Part shown: positions 8,987-17,324 of the stretch, piece by piece
Numbering within the stretch: the first letter of the stretch is position 1
How the letters are laid out: each line of letters opens with the position of its first letter
Assembly (NCBI GenBank): GCA_032161105.1
Contig: JAVHTD010000003.1
Length of the DNA stretch: 64,000 nucleotides
Origin: Candidatus Thermosaccharophagus tengchongensis
GTDB taxonomy: Bacteria; Armatimonadota; Fervidibacteria; Fervidibacterales; Thermosaccharophagaceae
Strand: one strand, 5' to 3'
The notes under the pieces: model-generated
The model's input: the letters and a program-made list of their open reading frames with translations, nothing else
What the model was told of the DNA's origin: nothing
Database searches by the model: none
Translations under genes and position numbers: made by a program

Positions 8987-9826
8987 TCAAAAGTGCTCCT
9001 CAATCTTGCGCCTGAGGAAATTGAGTGAACGCACTGTGCCCTCATCACCAAACGGATTGCCATCCTCAAGGCTTATGAAGCCGCAATAGACGATGGAGGC
9101 AAGCTCACTCATGATAGCGTCGTAATTCACATCCCCCTCACCAACGACTGTGTGTTGATATTCTCCCACCTTCCTGTCGCTTGCATGCATGTGCCAGACC
9201 TTGTGCTTCACCTCACGCAATACGCGAAGCGGGTCTTCGCCAACCATGAGCGGATTTGATGCATCAAAGTTGACGCCGACGGGCGTATCCTCAAGCCTGT
9301 GAAACACCTCAAGGAAGACATCCGGATGGAAGGCGAAATCAACATTCCTCCAACGCCTGTCCTTGTAATGGTTTTCAAGACCGAGCTTTATTCCCCTCGG
9401 CTCCGAGAAATCAAGCAGGCGCAATATGCATTCGGTAGCCCACTTTATGCCCGACTCCAACTCAACACCCTCATGAGCGCACCCAACGGTAACTCGCACG
9501 CCATGTGCGCCGAGCACGCGGGCTACTTCAATCATCGTCTTCATGTATTCAAGTTCGCGCTCTCTAAAGCGCTCATCCGGATGCGTGAAGTCGGGTGCAC
9601 ATGTGAGCTGCGATATGCCGAGCCCATTTCGCGAAAGCAGGCTGCAAACGGAGTTGAGCGTCTTGCGGTCGTATGAGGGCAGCATGCTGTGGTGAAGCTC
9701 AACAAATGATAGCCCAAATTCAACAGCCTTGTGAAACAGCTCCTCAAGTGATGGCTCTTGGCGCTCTGCCATTGAGTTAATGAACCTCACGGCAAGCCAC
9801 GATAGCACCGGTTTGCCACCAGACAC
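8987..9826 (-). CDS. Sugar phosphate isomerase/epimerase (xylose isomerase-like TIM barrel)
   Basis: LENH...NFDASN...HMHASD...GEGDV...SLE metal-binding pattern. Confidence 0.85.
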   Translation of the reverse strand: MSGGKPVLSWLAVRFINSMAERQEPSLEELFHKAVEFGLSFVELHHSMLPSYDRKTLNSVCSLLSRNGLGISQLTCAPDFTHPDERFRERELEYMKTMIEVARVLGAHGVRVTVGCAHEGVELESGIKWATECILRLLDFSEPRGIKLGLENHYKDRRWRNVDFAFHPDVFLEVFHRLEDTPVGVNFDASNPLMVGEDPLRVLREVKHKVWHMHASDRKVGEYQHTVVGEGDVNYDAIMSELASIVYCGFISLEDGNPFGDEGTVRSLNFLRRKIEEHF

Positions 9827-10018
9827 AAGCTCATCCTCCCTCCACGGGAATGGAAACCATCCTATAAGCCATTAGCTGCATCAACTCCGCCTGAGGGAGA
9901 AGTATAACAGCGCCAAAGCGTGCACCCACCAATTCATGATGCGCCATACTTACACCATCGGTAAGCGCTATGCCACTGGTGGAAAATTGGCATGCCGCAA
10001 ATGGCAGGTGGTGATGGG

Positions 10019-10801
10019 ATGATGCGCCTGTGCTTCATCACTAATGGCAGCGAGGATGATTTGAAGTTTGCCTCCGATGAGGGCATACCGCTCGTTGAGA
10101 TAACCATCCACGACAACCTTGACTGGTGGGAGGGGCGTTCCGAGGAGTATTTGGAGATGTGCCATCGCTATGGCGTTCAAGTTGCCGCTGTCGGCTTGTG
10201 GGGAAGAAACTACCTCAGCGACGATGGCGGTGAAAGGGAAAAGTGCCTTTCAGAACTTGAGCGCGCAATTGAGCTTTCACGGAAGCTTAACGCCAGCGTG
10301 TTCATAACTGGTGGCGGCATAAACCACAGGGAGACGATACGGCAGATGGCGATGCGCGCAAGCGAGCTGCTTGCGCCATTCGTTGAACGAGCTAACGAAT
10401 ATGGAATCAAATTCGCCTTCTACAACTGCCACTGGGCAAATCACATCATTGGGAGCGAGGCTTGGGATATCATCTTTGAGCGCTTGCCTACTGCGGGAAT
10501 AAAATACGACCCATCGCACCCATTCTACGATGGCGTGGACTATTTGCGCGAGTTGCGCGATTATGGTGGGCGCGTCTTCCATGTGCATGCAAAGGGATGC
10601 GTGAAGATAGGCGATGAGCGATTTGACGACCCGCCAGCCGGCATGGACCAGATTGATTGGAGAAGCATTTTTGCCATCCTTTACAAGCATGACTACAACG
10701 GCGCAGTGTCAATAGAACCGCACAGTGAGACATGGCTCGGTGAACGATACTACGCCGGCATAAGATTTGCGAAGCGCTTTTTGGAGCAGTTCATAGTTTG
10801 A
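10019..10801 (+). CDS. Sugar phosphate isomerase/epimerase (xylose isomerase-like TIM barrel)
   Basis: YDPSH, HVHAK, G..IDW and SIEPH motifs. Confidence 0.85.
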   Translation: MMRLCFITNGSEDDLKFASDEGIPLVEITIHDNLDWWEGRSEEYLEMCHRYGVQVAAVGLWGRNYLSDDGGEREKCLSELERAIELSRKLNASVFITGGGINHRETIRQMAMRASELLAPFVERANEYGIKFAFYNCHWANHIIGSEAWDIIFERLPTAGIKYDPSHPFYDGVDYLRELRDYGGRVFHVHAKGCVKIGDERFDDPPAGMDQIDWRSIFAILYKHDYNGAVSIEPHSETWLGERYYAGIRFAKRFLEQFIV

Positions 10802-11006
10802 GTGCGTGGGAGCCATCATGTGAGGGCAGCCGCGCGAAAAAGCGCCCAAGAAATCGGATGGATTTTTTATCCGCCTGAGGTTTGGCAACTTTTGCACAGT
10901 CCATGCGGTCGGAAATGCCTGCAACACCCGTAGCGCTATAAATCCGATTTGCGCTGTGAGTTGGCTCACGCTCAAGCCGCAAGATGTGGTTATGGGGGTG
11001 AGCAGT

Positions 11007-11489
11007 ATGCCGACAGTGCTCGTCATCTACTACAGCCGGACTGGTAACACTCAGGCGATGGCTGAGGCAGTTGCCGAGGGCGCAAAAAGCGTGCCCGGCG
11101 TCAAAGTTGAACTTAAGCGTGTTGAGGAATGCACTGTTGAAGACCTGCTTAATGCTGATGGGATAATCATTGGCTCACCAACTTACTACGGATTGCCGGC
11201 AAGCGAAATAAAGCGCCTGTTTGATGAGAGCGTCCGCTATCATGGGCAGCTTGAGGGCAAAGTCGGAGGGGCATTTTCCTCATCGGCTAATGTCGGTGGT
11301 GGCAACGAGACAGCCATACTGGGCATTTTGCAGATGATGCTCATTCACGGCATGATTGTTCAAGGTGCCGTGCAAGGCGATCATTACGGGCCGGTGAGCG
11401 TCGGTTATCCAGATGCGCGCTCAAAATCACAGTGCTTTGCCCTGGGTGAACGAGTTGCGAAGCTCGTGCTCAAGTTGCACGGTGAATAA
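11007..11489 (+). CDS. WrbA-like flavodoxin / NAD(P)H:quinone oxidoreductase
   Basis: YYSRTGNT FMN-binding loop, GSPTYYG, GKVGGAF, GGGNET. Confidence 0.88.
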   Translation: MPTVLVIYYSRTGNTQAMAEAVAEGAKSVPGVKVELKRVEECTVEDLLNADGIIIGSPTYYGLPASEIKRLFDESVRYHGQLEGKVGGAFSSSANVGGGNETAILGILQMMLIHGMIVQGAVQGDHYGPVSVGYPDARSKSQCFALGERVAKLVLKLHGE

Positions 11490-11528
11490 GCCTTAAGCTG
11501 CATTGATGACCTCTTGGGTGACAAATGG

Positions 11529-12059
11529 ATGCGCTATATCGGAGCGGCAATTGGGTCGGCATCAATTGTTGTTGCGAGCGTAATAGTTGGGCTTGCAGTG
11601 AACGCTATTCGCCCGGATGGCATACCGCTGCGCTACAGCGAACTTGAAAGGTTGCTCAGGACGCGCGAGAACCAGCCATGGCTTGAGCGTCTCCCAAAGG
11701 GTGTTGAGGTGATTGAGTTTAAGCGTGCATGGATGCTTTTCATCTCCCGCCGCGCAATATTTGTTGATGCGCGCCCAGCCAGCGATTATGTGAAGGGTCA
11801 CATACCTGATGCTATCAATTTGCCAGCTGCAGAAAAGGAGTTTGAGGCTTCATTTAAAGCTGCGAAGGGCAAGCTCCCAAAGGATGCAAACATTGTCGTA
11901 TATTGTGCCGGCGGCTCATGACCACATAGCGTATCGGTCGCGGAGCGGCTGGCAAAGCTGGGTTACAAAAAGTTGCTCGTGATGCCCGGCGGATGGGGTG
12001 AGTGGGTCTCGCACAAATGCCCAATTGAGCGGTCGGAGAAAAGCAAAGGGACCAAATGA
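11529..12059 (+). CDS. Membrane-anchored rhodanese-like protein, probable selenoprotein (in-frame TGA 11919-11921 read as Sec)
   Basis: N-terminal TM helix, FVDAR, GHIPDAINLP, VVYCAGGS-[TGA]-PHSVSVAERLAKLGYKKLLVMPGGWGEW. The rhodanese C-terminal signature lies after the TGA. Next stop is 12057-12059. SECIS-like hairpin immediately downstream of the TGA. Confidence 0.82.
11922..11962 (+). promoter_or_regulatory. Putative bacterial SECIS element
   Basis: Upper stem UCGGUCGC (11934-11941) pairs with GCGGCUGG (11945-11952) using G-U pairs, loop GGA beginning 20 nt after the UGA, lower stem UAGC/GCUG. Confidence 0.6.
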
Positions 12060-12085
12060 AGCGTATATTCCAGCGGGTGATTTAG

Positions 12086-12604
12086 ATGGTGCGTTGGCGT
12101 TGGTGGAAAGTGATGTGCTTCATCTTGCGCATTGGGTTGGGCGGCATATTCGTCTTTGCGAGCCTGGGAAAGATAGTTGATGACCCGCTGATCTTCGTTA
12201 GCGTGGTTGAGAGTTACAAAGTGCTCCCAAAGGCTCTTATCCCGCTCTTTTCCGTTGTGCTGCCTTGGGTTGAATTCATCGCCGGCACCCTGCTCATAAT
12301 TGGCTATGCTGTGGAGAGCGCTGCAGCGGTCATAGCATTGATGCTCGTTGCATTCATCTTCGGCATCGTCATAAATCTGTTTCGCGGTGTTGAGATGGCG
12401 TGTGGCTGTTTTGGGTTCATTGAAGGGGGTGATAAAATCGGCTGGTATACCGTGGTGAGAGATCTCGCCATGCTCCTCAGCGCTGTGTTGCTGGTGTTCG
12501 CCAATGTCCCGTTTGCTTCGCTTGAGAGTGCCTTCTCAAAGATGCGCCAACGGGACAACAAAGGCGAGGTGATGTGCAATGCGGATGAGCGAGCGAATGA
12601 ATAG
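12086..12604 (+). CDS. MauE/DoxX family redox-associated membrane protein
   Basis: LRIGLGGIFVFASLGK, LPWVE, CGCFG and RDL motifs; four TM helices. Confidence 0.9.
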   Translation: MVRWRWWKVMCFILRIGLGGIFVFASLGKIVDDPLIFVSVVESYKVLPKALIPLFSVVLPWVEFIAGTLLIIGYAVESAAAVIALMLVAFIFGIVINLFRGVEMACGCFGFIEGGDKIGWYTVVRDLAMLLSAVLLVFANVPFASLESAFSKMRQRDNKGEVMCNADERANE

Positions 12605-13457
12605 GCGTTTATTCATCGCCACCATTGCCGGTGCGGCTGCAAGCACAAGCTTGAGCAAAACCTTAATCGGCGGTGAAAGCGCACCATTCAAAAAGGCAAT
12701 ACTGCTTGGGATGTTGCCATCTGATATGCCACTTACGGACAGGCTTAAGCTCGCCAGAGATGTTGGATTTGATGGTCTTGAAGTTCCGCCAATGAGTGAG
12801 GAAGATGCAAAGAGGCTGCGTGAAGCCGCTGACAATGTCGGGATTGAGTTGCACTCAGTCATCTATGGCGGTTGGCATGCGCCGCTTTCAAGCCCCGATG
12901 AGAAGGTGATTGAGAACGGCTTGAACGGGCTTAAGAGGGCACTCCACACCGCAAAAATCGTCGGCGCTGATGCGGTCTTGCTCGTTCCGGGAATAGTTAA
13001 TGCTCAAACGAGGTATTCCGAATGCTATGAGAGGAGTCAGCGCAATATTAAGCGCATAGTGCCGCTCGCTGAGGAGCTCGGCATAACGATCGCAATTGAG
13101 AATGTGTGGAACAACTTCCTCCTCAGCCCAATTGAATTCGCAAGGTATGTTGATGAGTTTGGCAGCGAGCGCGTGCGAGCTTACTTTGATGTCGGCAACA
13201 TAGTCAAGTTCGGCTTCCCCGAAGATTGGATATTGACGCTCGGAAGGAGGATAGTCAAAGTCCACCTGAAGGACTTCAAGCGCGACAAAAACGCATTTGT
13301 CATGCTCCTTGAAGGCGATGTGGATTGGAAGGCTGTAAGACAAGCATTGATTGAGGTTGGCTATAGGGGTTACTTGACAGCGGAGCTTCGTGGCGGCGAT
13401 GAGGCATATTTGCGCGATGTCAGCGCACGCATGGACAGGATAATCAAGGGAACTTGA
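12579..13457 (+). CDS. Tat-exported sugar phosphate isomerase/epimerase (hexulose/xylulose-phosphate epimerase-like TIM barrel)
   Basis: NRRLF twin-arginine motif followed by a hydrophobic stretch; IENVWNNFLLSP, YFDVGN, HLKDF, AE motifs. Confidence 0.85.
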   Translation: MRMSERMNRRLFIATIAGAAASTSLSKTLIGGESAPFKKAILLGMLPSDMPLTDRLKLARDVGFDGLEVPPMSEEDAKRLREAADNVGIELHSVIYGGWHAPLSSPDEKVIENGLNGLKRALHTAKIVGADAVLLVPGIVNAQTRYSECYERSQRNIKRIVPLAEELGITIAIENVWNNFLLSPIEFARYVDEFGSERVRAYFDVGNIVKFGFPEDWILTLGRRIVKVHLKDFKRDKNAFVMLLEGDVDWKAVRQALIEVGYRGYLTAELRGGDEAYLRDVSARMDRIIKGT

Positions 13458-13628
13458 TGGGCTTAATTTGGTCACAGCAATCCCGTCTTAAAACCATGTT
13501 GCGATGCAACACCGTTGCAACATTGATGTGACATTGATACGACGAATGCTCTGCCGCGTCTGAGATATGACATTGCCGAAATCTTTGGCGCTGCACGGCT
13601 TTCATAACGCTTAAAGGGGTGAGTTTGC

Positions 13629-15899
13629 ATGCGAGAGATCAATGTCCTTCCCGACATGTCACCGGGCGAACTCACATTTGGTGTGATTCCGAAATGCAAG
13701 TGGCAGAAGCGGCTCAAGGATGTGCTCGGTGAGATGGTGACTCCACAGCTCGCTGTGGAGATGCTTGAGACGATGTTCTGGATACGCTCATTTGAGAATC
13801 TGATCGTTGAGATGCGCGATGGGAGGTTCAAACCTAAGGAGGACTTCCAATTCGTGGGCGCAACTCACCTCTCAGTTGGTCAAGAGGCAGTGGCAGTTGG
13901 AGCTATTGCAGCCATACGCCCCGATGACTACATCACGAGCACGCATCGTGGTCACGGGCATGCCATTGCAAAGGGCGCATTCGCGCTTCGCCGAATGAGT
14001 GAGGATGAGCTGAAGCGATGGCTTGGAAGGGATGTGAACGGCACAAGGGAGGAGCTGCTCTCAATTGCGCTTGAGGAACACCTGTATCGGACGGTCGCCG
14101 AGCTGTTTGGGAAGGAGGATGGCTACTGTCGCGGGCGCGGTGGCGGAATGCACATTGCTGACTTTAGGGTTGGGCATCTCGGTGCAAATGCCATAGTGGG
14201 TGGAAGCTGTGGGATAGCAGTTGGAGCTGCAATGGCTGCATGGAAACTTGGGACTGACAGAGTTGTTCTGTGCATGATAGGCGATGGCGCAACGCAAAAT
14301 GGCATCTTCCACGAGGCTGCAAACTTCGCTTGCATGGCGCAGTTCAAGCGAGGTCTACCAGTGGTGTTCGTGGTTGAGAATAACCAATATGCGATGACTG
14401 GACAGCACTATGGAGAGGTCACCGGGCTTGATTACCTTGCGAGGCGCGGCGCCGCATACGACCTCCACATGATGCATGCCGAGGTAGTCAACGGGATGGA
14501 TGTGCTTGCTGTTTACGACGCTGTCTCAAGGGCTGTTGAGTTGGCGAGGAATGGCGATGGACCAGTGCTTCTTGACTGCGAATGCTACCGCTACTATGGG
14601 CACTCGTTGAGCGACCAACGAACTAAGTATCGCACAGCCGAAGAGGAGGAGGCTTGGCGAAAGCTTGACCCAGTGGATAACTTCGCAAGGCAGGTAATTG
14701 AGGCTGGCGTGCTGACCGAGAGCGAAGTTGAGGAAATGCGCCAAAGATGCAACGAGCAGATACGGCAAGCAGCAATAAAATCTGCACATGCACCGTATCC
14801 CGATCCGGCAACGATATACGAGGGCTTGTTCTCAAACACGATGTGCGAGGAAGTGCCCGAGAAGTATCGCCATGTGAGCGTCATAAGGCGAGCAAGGAAG
14901 TTCCAGAGAGACAGCGAAGGAAAGATAATGTATCGTCACGCAGTGTGCGAGGCGCTCATGGAAGAAATGATGCGCGACAGCAGGGTCATAGTTTATGGGG
15001 AGGATGTCGCCGACTACGGCGGCGCATTTATGGTCACAGCAGGGCTGCTTGAGACATTTGGGCGAGATAGGGTCTTCAATACCCCTATAAGCGAAGCTGC
15101 GATAGTCGGAACAGCAATAGGCGCTGCTATGGTGGGCTTACGCCCAGTCGTTGAGATCATGTATATTGACTTCATCCTGCTGGCGATGGATCAAGTTGGG
15201 AACCAAGCGGCAAAGATGAAATACATGTCCGGCGGACAACCAAAGATACCACTCGTCATAAGGACGACAATTGGCGGTGGAAGGGGATACGCAGGACAGC
15301 ACTCGCAAAGCCTTGAAGCAGTCGTAACGCATTTTCCCGGGCTCAAGGTTGTAGTGCCAGCAACTGCATATGACGCGAAGGGCTTGCTCAAGACGGCAAT
15401 AAGGGATGATGACCCGGTCATCTTCATTGAGCACCAAATGCTATACACAAGCAAAGATGTTGTGCCAGAGGACGAATACCTCATACCATTTGGCGTAGCT
15501 CGCATCCATCGCGAGGGCAAGGATCTGACAATCTGCGCATGGTCAAAGATGGTTGAAGTGGCGCTTGAGGCTGCAGCGATGCTTAAGGAGCAGCATGGAA
15601 TTGAAGCCGAGGTAGTAGACCCGAGGACGCTTGTCCCATGCGATTACGAAACTATAGCTGCATCGGTGAACAAGACGGGCAGGCTGCTCCTTGTCTGCCA
15701 AGCTCCCGAAACGGGCTGCTTTGCTGAGCACATAGCGTATCAAATGCAGCGCCGCTGCTTCAGGTCGCTTAGGGCACCGATAAGGATAGTGGCAGCTCAT
15801 AATGTCCCACCACCTATGTCCCCAACGCTTGAGCGAGAGAATATACCCTCCCCGGAGAAGGTGGTTCGTAACGCACTTGAGTTGATGAGTGAAGGTTAA
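13629..15899 (+). CDS. Fused E1 alpha/beta TPP-dependent 2-oxoacid or acetoin dehydrogenase
   Basis: Alpha half: HLSVGQEA, HRGHGH, GRGGGMH, GDGA...ENN, GHS. Beta half: GEDV, NTPISE, EIMYIDF, QHSQ, DAKGLLK. Confidence 0.9.
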   Translation: MREINVLPDMSPGELTFGVIPKCKWQKRLKDVLGEMVTPQLAVEMLETMFWIRSFENLIVEMRDGRFKPKEDFQFVGATHLSVGQEAVAVGAIAAIRPDDYITSTHRGHGHAIAKGAFALRRMSEDELKRWLGRDVNGTREELLSIALEEHLYRTVAELFGKEDGYCRGRGGGMHIADFRVGHLGANAIVGGSCGIAVGAAMAAWKLGTDRVVLCMIGDGATQNGIFHEAANFACMAQFKRGLPVVFVVENNQYAMTGQHYGEVTGLDYLARRGAAYDLHMMHAEVVNGMDVLAVYDAVSRAVELARNGDGPVLLDCECYRYYGHSLSDQRTKYRTAEEEEAWRKLDPVDNFARQVIEAGVLTESEVEEMRQRCNEQIRQAAIKSAHAPYPDPATIYEGLFSNTMCEEVPEKYRHVSVIRRARKFQRDSEGKIMYRHAVCEALMEEMMRDSRVIVYGEDVADYGGAFMVTAGLLETFGRDRVFNTPISEAAIVGTAIGAAMVGLRPVVEIMYIDFILLAMDQVGNQAAKMKYMSGGQPKIPLVIRTTIGGGRGYAGQHSQSLEAVVTHFPGLKVVVPATAYDAKGLLKTAIRDDDPVIFIEHQMLYTSKDVVPEDEYLIPFGVARIHREGKDLTICAWSKMVEVALEAAAMLKEQHGIEAEVVDPRTLVPCDYETIAASVNKTGRLLLVCQAPETGCFAEHIAYQMQRRCFRSLRAPIRIVAAHNVPPPMSPTLERENIPSPEKVVRNALELMSEG

Positions 15900-15929
15900 T
15901 CCCTCATACAAACACTTGTCGGTGATGAG

Positions 15930-17183
15930 GTGGTAAGCGTGCACCAAGTTTTCACGAAGCCGATCTTCATCCTTTCATCCGTCAGGACACCGCTTGGGCG
16001 ATTTAACGGCGTGCTATCGGGGTTCAGCGCTGTTGACCTTGGCGCGATTGCCATTAGAGGCGCATGTGAGAGAGCCAATATACCGCCACAAGAGGTTGAG
16101 TTTGTGACCTTGGGCAATGTTATTGGCGCCGGCTTGGGCATGGCTCCGGCAAAGGCTGCTGCAGTTAAAGGTGGGTTGCCAGAAAGCGTTTGCGCAAGGC
16201 GCGTTGACTCGGTGTGCGCTTCATCGCTTGATGCTGTAGCCATAACCTGCGATGCAATTTGCTCAGGCGCATACGATGTGGCAATAGCCGGCGGTATGGA
16301 ATCACGCACCAATGCACCCTACCTTGTTGGACCGAGGATGGAGCGCAAAACGAGGCTGTATCAGAAGGGCGAGCGAGTTAAGGTTAAGCGGGCTGGCGCA
16401 TATACATTCATGTTCAGCGAGAATGAACTTGAACAGCTTCAAGGGACTGGCTTGGTTGATGCGACCGCATATGACGGCTTGCTATGGTTGCCGGAACGAA
16501 AGTTCATGCGCCAGTATGCAATTGAGTTCGCAAGGGAAATGGGATACACCGTTGAACTCGTTAATGAGCACGCCTCAAAGAGCCATCAGAAAGCGCGCAG
16601 GGCTGCATCAAACGGTTGGTTTGATGAAGAGATAGTCCCATGCGACAGCGTTTGGAGGGATGAACTTTTGAGTGACGAGCAACTCGCACAAATGCTTGAT
16701 GAGGCAAAGGAGGATATAGCGTCGGCATACAATACGGCTGTGCCAGTTGATGGGGCTGCTGCTTGCACGATCGCTTCCGAGGCAGCCGTTAACAGGCTTG
16801 GTGTGAAGCCATTTGCGAAAGTGCTCGGATACTCAAGGGTTGATTGCCATCCGAGCCAATTCCTAACGGCACCCGTAACAGCTGTTACGGAATTGATCGG
16901 CGCGCTTCGCAGCAGCGGCTTTGATGGCGAGTTCACCATCGTTGAAGCCAACGAGGCGTTCGGAATACAACTCCCCTACTTTGAGCAGGCGTTTGATGGG
17001 ATGGAACTCAATGTGCACGGCGGCGCAATAGCTCTCGGTCACCCATTAGGCGCTGCGGGTGTGAGGCTGCTTTGCACATTGCTGCATGCCATGAAGCGCT
17101 GGGGACACAAGTTTGGTCTTGTGACGATGTGCTTTGGGGGTGGCGGTGGGATGGCGCTTGCTGTGGAGCTTTTTGAAGCTTGA
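15930..17183 (+). CDS. Thiolase (acetyl-CoA C-acyltransferase)
   Basis: RTPLG, VCASS catalytic Cys, GGMES, NEAF, GGAIALGHPLGA, MCFGGG. Confidence 0.9.
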   Translation: MVSVHQVFTKPIFILSSVRTPLGRFNGVLSGFSAVDLGAIAIRGACERANIPPQEVEFVTLGNVIGAGLGMAPAKAAAVKGGLPESVCARRVDSVCASSLDAVAITCDAICSGAYDVAIAGGMESRTNAPYLVGPRMERKTRLYQKGERVKVKRAGAYTFMFSENELEQLQGTGLVDATAYDGLLWLPERKFMRQYAIEFAREMGYTVELVNEHASKSHQKARRAASNGWFDEEIVPCDSVWRDELLSDEQLAQMLDEAKEDIASAYNTAVPVDGAAACTIASEAAVNRLGVKPFAKVLGYSRVDCHPSQFLTAPVTAVTELIGALRSSGFDGEFTIVEANEAFGIQLPYFEQAFDGMELNVHGGAIALGHPLGAAGVRLLCTLLHAMKRWGHKFGLVTMCFGGGGGMALAVELFEA

Positions 17184-17324
17184 AAGCCGCTAAGTTACCC
17201 GCCTGCGGGCGCACTGATGGCGCATTTGTGGATTATGAACCATAATTGATTGTGGCTGAGTCGCAAAGTTATCCCATCTCTGAGAGCGCATCAAAAATTT
17301 AAAAGCTCAGCGGGCAAGGCAACT

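Noticed and set aside
11919..11921. Genome-wide TGA reassignment (genetic code 4 or 25) as the explanation for the in-frame TGA
   Set aside because: TGA ends many complete genes here at their expected C-termini (thrB, acyP, nnr, thiolase), and no other gene showed an internal TGA. The recoding is therefore site-specific.
11998..12180. 60-aa ORF between the rhodanese and MauE genes
   Set aside because: It overlaps the read-through rhodanese C-terminus and the MauE start in another frame and has no recognisable motif.
13580..13605. Sigma54 promoter upstream of the E1 gene
   Set aside because: The TGGC...GC spacing does not fit the -24/-12 GG-N10-GC rule.
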